A DNA stretch of 56,602 nt, filler included, from Jimgerdemannia flammicorona (taxonomy: Eukaryota), in NCBI GenBank assembly GCA_003990765.1. It is 3 parts of 3 records of this genome, joined end to end, with 100 filler letters (N's around TTAATTAATTAA, not from the genome) between each part and the next. Parts side by side here need not be neighbours in the genome. Positions count along the whole stretch, not along the records: positions 37,804 to 56,602 come from RBNJ01002112.1; 2 more parts are not named here. One strand, written 5' to 3'. Below, in pieces: positions 49,163 through 56,602 of this stretch (position 1 is its first letter; each line of letters starts with the position of its first letter). The notes below the pieces were generated by a model. It did not search any database and had not been told where the DNA came from. It saw only the letters and a list, made by a program, of their open reading frames with translations. The translations under genes and the position numbers were made by a program.

Positions 49163-51342
49163 GTCTGGTTCTTGTTTCTCCTCATCATCACTGTCAGCTT
49201 GAAGCTCTGGGGGCTGGTCATTTTCTTCAGCTTTCCTTTTTACTTCAGTGGCTTCTTGCTCATGTTTCTGTTGGCAGATTTTCCTAACTTCACTGATATA
49301 GGACCAGTAGTCATTCAGGTGTTCAGAGTAGTACATCCTAGTATTATGGGGGCATCTTCCTTGAGGGGTATAGCCATCAATGATCTTGTTGTACCACTGC
49401 TCATCTATGAGCTTGGGTGTCTTGTTCTTATTCTTTTTCACTAAGTATATGAAGACTTCTGTGTCCTCTTCATCTCCTTTCTCTATGTCTGGTAGAACTT
49501 CTTTGTAGACATTATACCTTTCTTCCTCTATAGTTGATCTGCATCTTCTGGGCATTGAGATCAATGATGGCCTTAGCCTTGTGAAGTCATTAGTTACCAA
49601 TGAGGATATTATAGTTGGTGGCACTTATAATAATCAAATTTACTGGGATGGTAGCTTCTTCTATCTTGATAGAGACTTTTTGGATTTTGTCAAGGGGGGT
49701 AGCTTATATACTATCTGCTGTGACATAGACCATTTTGGTAGACTCTTCAATGTCTCAGCCTAGGTGGTCAATTGTCTTCTTACTTATGAAGCATCCTCTA
49801 GCACCAGTATTAATAATGGCATCAAAGATACAATCTTCGATCTGATATAAAGTATAGACTGATATCTTGTGCTGATCTTTGGATTCTTCATCTGAGTCTT
49901 CTTGATCATCTTCCTGTACATTGTGAGCTTTTACAATCTTGTACTCTTGATTCTTAACAGTAGTTATAAGTTCTACTCTTACATAACTGCTATCTGAAGG
50001 CAGGGACTTCAGCTAGCTGTCCAAAAGTAGCATTGACCTTCTATTCCTTGAGGTCCTTGTAGATATCATACTGGTGGATCTTGATCTTATGCAGCTTCTA
50101 TTCCTTCTTATCTTCACTTTCTCCTGAGACTGGAGTAGTGCCTTCAATGATTTGGCAGGCAGCTTCATCTAACTCTATGTCTTAATTAATCTTCTCAGGT
50201 TGGGTCTTACTTTGAATAGTGACAGCTGGGGTCTTCTTTGGTCTTCCAACTGGCTTGCTGTTGCCCTTCTTATTATAGGGCTTGGACCAGGTCCTGGTAC
50301 CTTCAGTAGTAGGGTAGAATTCGAGCTCCTTGTAGTATTCTTCATTATCAGTATCACTAATATCCTCAATGACTACTGCATTAGTTTGTTCTCTAGTTCT
50401 GCTAGTATTGCTTGGTTGGGCTTTATCTTATTTTGGTCATGCAACTCTTTGCATAGTGGCCTTCTTCTCTATATCTGAAGTATGTAATATTATGTTCTTC
50501 TGTAGCAGCTACAAATCTCTGCACTGGTCTCCTATTGGTACTTCAGACTTCTCTAACAACATTACTAAGATGTGCAGTCATCTTGGTGAACTGCTTGCAA
50601 GTTCCTCTACTGGGTCAGCTTTGGCTATCTTGGGGGTAAGTGGAGATGGTTGTCTGTTTATAACTGTAGTAGATATGATACTAGTTGGCTTTGATGACTC
50701 TATGTTGATACTAGTTATTTTCTTTATTGAGTATTTGGCAGGATATCTGGCAGTCCAATATCTCTGTATAAAGACCACTTTTTGATCAAGAGTCAGTACA
50801 GTTGAGGTAGACTGGATTGTTAGAGCAATTTCAAGATGAATTTCTTTAAGAAAGGTTGAATTTGCTATTTGTTCCTTGATGTGGTCATTATAGCTACCCA
50901 AGACAATCTGGTAACAGATTTGGATATAGAATGAGTTGGGATCTTCACTGAGTCTCTGGCAGATAGTATTGAGTTGATCCTTGAAAGCTTGTTTGATCTC
51001 TTCAGTATAGTATGTTGTTCTGAAAAAGGCCTTTATGTTGGCAAGGTTGGCTGCACCAGCATCAGCAATAGTGGCTGTATTGAACTTGTCTCTGACAGGT
51101 CCTCTGAGGCTGACTGATAGAAGGACCAATTGTACATCCACATTGAGGGCTCATATAGTGGCAAATTGTTCAAAGTCTTCAATAAAGGTCAGGATTGACT
51201 CTTTAGTAGTATATCCACAGAATGTAGAGAGACATATTTCTATTTTATCTTGAATTCTTGCAGAGGTGACTCTTGTAGTTAGAGTAGTTGTTGTGGTGGT
51301 TGTTCATTTTTCAGCTTGAAAGTGAGAGATTCATCTTAAATC

Positions 51343-51360
51343 ATCAGCCAATAGATACCA
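51343..51360 (-). other. Putative primer-binding site TGGTATCTATTGGCTGAT
   Basis: TGG begins 3 nt inside the 5' LTR boundary. The priming tRNA cannot be identified because of mutation. Confidence 0.55.
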
Positions 51361-51593
51361 AGTTATTATGTAGTAATCACTGAGTCCTTTAAATATATCA
51401 GATTCTCTTCAAGGTGTATCTCTTAGACTAACTCAAGTTTGTAATAAGCAAGTTCTTATTGGAGTGCCTTTCCAAGGTCTTATAGTCCTCAAACTTCTTA
51501 TCTTTAAACAGTCTTGTTATCTCTTTAGATTACTTACAAGAAAGTGTGTGTAAGTGAACTTGACTGACTTTATTTTAGAAGAAATAAGAAGGG

Positions 51594-51601
51594 TATTTAT
51601 A
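51594..51601 (-). promoter_or_regulatory. Likely canonical LTR TATA box (TATAAATA) with AATAAA ~20 nt downstream
   Basis: Also present at 38523-38530 and 34638-34645. AATAAA at 51569-51574, 38498-38503 and 34613-34618. Confidence 0.55.
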
Positions 51602-51857
51602 CAAAATATAATTCAATGATTGCTAAGATATAAAGCTAAATATAAATTCCAATAATCAAATAAAAATACCAGAATATGGAAAACTGTTAAGTTTCAGAGT
51701 TAGTACAGATGGTTGCACAGGTTCAGAATACTGGTATAATTTTGGTGATATAGAAAAATAGTACTGGAATAATTCTGAGTTATATCAGAATACTGGTGGA
51801 GAAACAGCTGTTACATAGAAAAAGAGTGCTGGCATAATTCAGTATAACTAAGGGACT

Positions 51858-52682
51858 TTAGAGCAGAATATTCAGAACTATAAGAGCTTCATCTTCATCA
51901 GAGGTCAGGATATCTTCAAAGGAGATGAGATCTGCAAACATCTCATCTGTCTCATCATCATCATATAGATCATGTATTTCACATATGTTATATGAGATGA
52001 CATCATCACTGATAATATTATCACATTTGGCAGGGAAATTGAGGGCTCTCCAATCTATGAGATTCTCTTCCACAAAATAGAGAACAAATGTGGAGTCTTA
52101 AGGAGGTCTAACCTGGATGCTTGGGTCTTAGAATACTGAGATTAATCCTTACAGGAATTGATCTGGATTGTCCTAGAGGATGGGATACCAGAAGTCTTCT
52201 ACTTTATTACTATTAAGAGTGATAGTAGACTGGGCTTTTATAGCTACTCTGGCTTTTAGTACATTGATATAGTGGACTGATAGGTTTCTGAAGTCTGAGA
52301 CTCTAATATACTCCAAGTTGGGAATTGACCATGATACATGTCTGAAGATCTGATGGATCTTCTTAGCTATTCTTACTTCATATATATCTATGGAAGTGGT
52401 ATCTTGTAACTCTTGGGGGCTGGCCTGTGGGAACTCCTGGCAGAGAAGGTTTCCTATTTTATACTCCTGCCATATTTGGAGGTATTCAGTAGTAATGGTG
52501 ATCCTTATTTCCATTTTATGGCAGTAGAGAATAAAGTGATAAGGATCTGCAATACCTAGGTTGAGGCTAGGAGTCCTTCTTATACAGGTCCTCATGGCTC
52601 TTCTGATGTCTTGGAATATCCTTTCTTCAACTGAGGTACCTTGGTGGTTCCTTGACCTTGAGGTTTGACAAGCAGCAGGCAT
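51858..52682 (-). pseudogene. LTR-encoded ORF, 5' LTR copy (ATG intact, 274 aa, 4 internal stops)
   Basis: ORF-track entries 52173-52682 and 51858-52073 are in the same frame. The four stops between them are CAG/CAA in the 3' LTR. Confidence 0.82.
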
Positions 52683-52761
52683 TTCATTTATAGTAAGTCT
52701 TTGAGCTATTATGGGATTGGTGGATCTTATTGGTTACTGCTACTGCAGTTCTTTGATCCTT

Positions 52762-52769
52762 CTTTTATA
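52762..52769 (-). promoter_or_regulatory. TATA box (TATAAAAG) ~80 nt upstream of the LTR ORF
   Basis: Conserved at 39691-39698 and 35785-35792 at nearly the same spacing from the ORF start. Confidence 0.55.
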
Positions 52770-52939
52770 TTCCTCAAGATACCCATACTATGGTTACAAT
52801 AACTCACAATTGGTTACCATTACTTATCTTGTAGCCTGGGTGATCATACTGTATAATCTTCTTATACTTTGATCTGATGGCTTGTAAGAAAAAAAGCTAT
52901 CTCTTATGCTGATATCATTATTCTAAGATCACCATTACA

Positions 52940-55590
52940 ATATACTGATAAAAATAGAAAGAAAGTTACTTATAAAAAAAGAAAATAAGTATTACTCAGT
53001 ATCTAGTATCTAACTCTAAATAATATAGATTCTAAAAGAAGCTTGAACTCTATTATATTAAACTATTTAAGATTCTCAAGAAATATAAATCTATCATATA
53101 TAAGTTGAATCTCTTAGCAATACTAAAAAGAATTTATCCAGTGTTTTATATATCTCAATTTCAGCAATATATTCTAAATATCTTTGAAGAAAAAACTATA
53201 CTATCTCCAGATTTAGTAATTATTGATTAGCAATTAGAATATAAAGTAGACCACATCCTAAATTACAAGGATTACTAATTGAGATAAGCTGCCAAGTCTA
53301 CTCAGTACTATCTTATGAAATAGAAAGAATACTCTAAGTATAATACTATCCAGAAAAGAGAAAACAATCTTTTATTAAATATAAAATAAGTAGTAACCTA
53401 ATATAGATATATTGGAAATTCTAATAGAATTTCTGAAAAATAGTTATATCTCTAAATATCTCTAATGAAGAAAAGTATAAATATCCTGAAACAATCTCAT
53501 ATAGATAACTTATCCCTAATATAAGTATCTAGCAATAATACTAAGAATAAATTAAGAATAAAATTACTATTACTATTCTTATAGCTATTAAATACTAATG
53601 AAATTTTACTAAACTATCTTCTATTAATATATGAATCTCTAGAGATCTAGATCTAAATAAAGTCTAATAATATCTTAGAAGAATCTAATATTTTCAAGCT
53701 TTTTGCTACTATCAAGAATTAAAGAAGTATTATGAGATAAAATACCTCATCTGTTAACAAGCTACTCTTAGTACTACTAAATAATAAGTCTGTCTTTTCA
53801 TTAATAACTATATTTATATTATTACTAAAAGATTCTATATTATTTTCTATATCTAACTTTAAGTTCTTAACTATCTCTATAAAGTATTCTTTGAAAATAT
53901 TGTCAATCTGAGTAATGAATAATAAAGTGATATTATCTTTCAAGTAGTCTAGTATCATTATAAAAAAATTATTCAGTTCTTAGTATGTTTATCAGAGATT
54001 TATAAATTCTAGTATATATTTATGATAATATGTTATAAACTCAAACATATTTTATAAATATAAATAACTTATAAACAATAGACAAACATAAGATAAAATT
54101 TCCAAAAAAAAACTATTTTATTTCTTTTTTTATTTATAAATACTCCTATAAATATTTCCCTCTATAGACACTTTCCTTCTAAAAATACTTTCTTCTTCTG
54201 TAAATAGTTTCTTCTACTATATATTCTTTTCTATATTCTACTCATCTCTTCCTTAGATTAAATCATTCTTATTCAATGAAAGAGGAATATTGAGAATATT
54301 GATTATCTCATTATCTTCATCTGAGTCAATATCTTTACCCAGGTTATGAACTGTTTTTTCAATCTCAAGTGGATTGATATAGTTATAAATCTTATTGATC
54401 ATTCCAAGCTATTTCATATATATTTTCTTATACTCTCCTTTGTTGAAAGTTCTTGATAAGACATCAGACCAGGTAATATAATTCAACTATAATTATATAA
54501 AGGAATAAGTATATACTAAATAAGTATATACTGATAAATATAAATCCACAAACTTAAAAATATACTTATAAATATATAAATAATAGTAACTATATAATGG
54601 TTAATATGTTTATCTTTTTGAAATATATTCACAAATCAAAGTTTTCATTTGAAGAATATAAAATAGAGTAGTTGCTTTATATAGTTGCTATAGAATGGCT
54701 TACTGAGCTCACTCTTATCATCTTTTAGATAAATGAAATTATTCTGGACTTACAAATATTGTACTACTTATTGATAAGTATGAGTAAGATCTTTTGGAGC
54801 TATAGATTTTAGCTATTTCACATCAGAGAAGATTTGATTAAACTTTTTATCAAAGACTTTATAAATGTGGGAACAGCAGACTATAATCTGATAGTGTAGC
54901 TATTTTTTTTAATAAAAATGAAAATAGTTGAGTTTGTGAACTATTAAATAAATATACAAATATAATATAAATGAAATACTCACTATAGTATAAATGGAAC
55001 CATTGCTGTCTTTGGCCTTTAAGCTTACATCCTTCAAAATTTTAATGATAATATCTGTTTTCAGATTACCATCATACTTTGGGAAAAGATCTTCAAGAAA
55101 AAGATGATGAAGAAGCATGTTCACTGTAAGCTTTCAGATCACTTCATTAATCTTATATTTCCAGCTAATACCTATAGATTTGCTAAATTATGATAAGAAA
55201 ATTTAATTCACATTCATAATTAAGCTATAATATATAAACTATAATTTATGAACTTATTTTCAAAAACAACTTACCTATTTCTTTTTCTATCTTACTTAAC
55301 CATCTGTCCTATATATCTGACCAAATGAGCCTCCACATCATCATTCTGAAGTATTTTGTTATCTAGAAGCACCTGGTGCTCTCGGCTGTATACCGGGATC
55401 TTACTCAAATTACGTGAGGAATCCAAAGGGAGTAGGTAGCTTTTAATTATATGGTTGTGAGGAGAACTAACAGACACCGCACTGCTGGCCAGTTCTCTGT
55501 ATGGCAATATGGCAATTGATACAGCAAATATATGTATTCGAAGTACCGACATGGACTTGAACCTTTTGAGTATTTTTCCGTGATTCATTA
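52940..55590 (-). pseudogene. Hypermutated, apparently intron-containing coding remnants, probably genes of an unclassified DNA element
   Basis: Protein-like minus-strand segments (LLHHLFLEDLFPKYDG, SKPFYSNYIKQLLYFIFF, YITWSDVL, ISNPCNLGCG) separated by GTAAGT..AG AT-rich spacers. CpG-free below ~55380. Confidence 0.35.
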
Positions 55591-56159
55591 AAAAGGAAAA
55601 TACGGAACTAATGCGAATATCCTTGTATTTGTGGTGCCGTTTCCAAAACCTGTAATACGTAGTTGAGATCTTTGACAGAGATTATCTGTTTTATCTGTTA
55701 AACTCATTTGAGCAACCTTTTCTAGGTAACTAGACATAAACTTTGCTTTTAGTTTCCAGTTTTGAAAGGAGTTGAAGTGTATGGCTTATTTGTACAATGT
55801 AATCCTTTCAATAATATAAGTTAAAGTTACATGCATGTTATCTCGTATTATACATAAAGCTACCCATAGAATGTCCCAGGTAACGTTTCTGTCGTATATG
55901 TAGTCGAGCGCCTCAGCCTGTCTGCCCAAGTTAACCAGGTTGTGCTGTTATTTAGGTAGTCTGTGGAGTAGACCCTGCCTAATATTTTGTACTGTCACAA
56001 TGTAGAAGCTCGTCTTGGAGTCTGAGCCCTGTGGAGAGCTGTTGGAATTCAGTTCAACAGTGGGAAATAAATTATTAGCGAGCTTTGGAATACCTACCAC
56101 GTGATACAATATAGCATTTCCCGAAGGAGTCTTCGTCGAGCTGGTGGAGAAGTTGTAAC

Positions 56160-56460
56160 TATCGACCTTGCGCCTCTCTCAAAAGTTATGGCGCCATCAG
56201 GGTCAAACCTTAAAAATCGTGGATCGATCGGATCGACGGCAAAACAAAAATTTGATCGACGATTTAGATTGACATTACAAATTGGGTTTTGATGCTCGAC
56301 CAAAATTGTATCGACATTTCTATCGGTATTTTGAAATGGTGCGCTATCTGGGTCAAAACTCCAAAGCGTGGATGGATCGACGACAAAATTGGATCGATGA
56401 CAAAATTGGATCGACGGATCGACATCAAATCGACACTAGCAAATATTGGATCAACATGAT
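56160..56460. repeat. Cluster of (AAAATTG)GATCGAC-like motifs, resembling transposon subterminal repeats
   Basis: Roughly a dozen ATCGAC/GATCGA motifs, including tandem ACAAAATTGGATCGA units, in CpG-rich DNA near the contig end. Confidence 0.6.
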
Positions 56461-56602
56461 AATTTTGAATTGCCCTTGAAAGATAAGCCGCATGGATGGA
56501 ATAATGTTCCAATTTGATACTTTGATTTGAATATAAATATATGATGTAAATGATTACGTGATTTTGGGCATTTCTTAGATGCTTCCCTTCACTTGACAGG
56601 GG

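Larger units (their letters stand above)
40190..51300 (-). pseudogene. Gypsy III gag-pol, disrupted; LINE D is inserted in the integrase C-terminal GPY/F module
   Basis: Gag TFCGYTTKESILTFIEDFEQF. Knuckle ITYFRYREEGHYAKSC (from CFRC..GH....C). PR AIINTGARG. RT LCIDYRKLN, LDLFSGFYQI, YVDD (~48043-48054). RNase H LQTDAS and IQTDHS. IN VKECDKCQK and ..KLEPK*EGLFYI..MVH|RNRLKKYH. Confidence 0.92.
38289..52939 (-). mobile_element. Full-length Ty3/Gypsy element (family III) with dUTPase and ORF-bearing ~1.58-kb LTRs, interrupted by LINE D
   Basis: Direct repeats 38289-39865 and 51364-52939, both starting TGTAA on the minus strand. PBS-like TGG, PPT, and gag-PR-dUTPase-RT-RH-IN domain order. Confidence 0.95.
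51364..52939 (-). repeat. 5' LTR of Gypsy III (1576 bp)
   Basis: Direct repeat of 38289-39865. Confidence 0.95.

Overview
This is eukaryotic (fungal) DNA, most likely from a repeat-rich Mucoromycota genome such as Endogonales. That assignment is an inference from the CorA protein sequence and intron style. The window is three contigs (1-18802, 18903-37703, 37804-56602) joined by artificial 100-nt N/TTAATTAATTAA linkers, so nothing can be inferred across the joins. Bases 1-~8295 are gene space with normal CpG content: two orphan ORFs, a 2-exon Tfb6-like gene and a 5-exon CorA/Alr1-type Mg2+ transporter. Almost everything else is nested transposons that have lost nearly all CpG and carry heavy C>T/G>A (RIP-like) mutation. 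These include four large L1/Tx1-clade LINE copies, two dUTPase-encoding Ty3/Gypsy families, a long-TIR Tc1/mariner, a solo LTR and a poly(A)-tailed minisatellite retroposon. The main finding is that the ~1.58-kb LTR of one Gypsy family contains a ~274-aa ORF with its own TATA box and an acidic C-terminus. It can be rebuilt from complementary stop codons in the two LTRs and stays in frame in a diverged solo LTR, which suggests an uncharacterised LTR-borne accessory gene. Also notable are RIP-like hypermutation in an apparently non-Dikarya fungus and a VNTR retroposon that uses a LINE-type 3' hairpin/poly(A) end.
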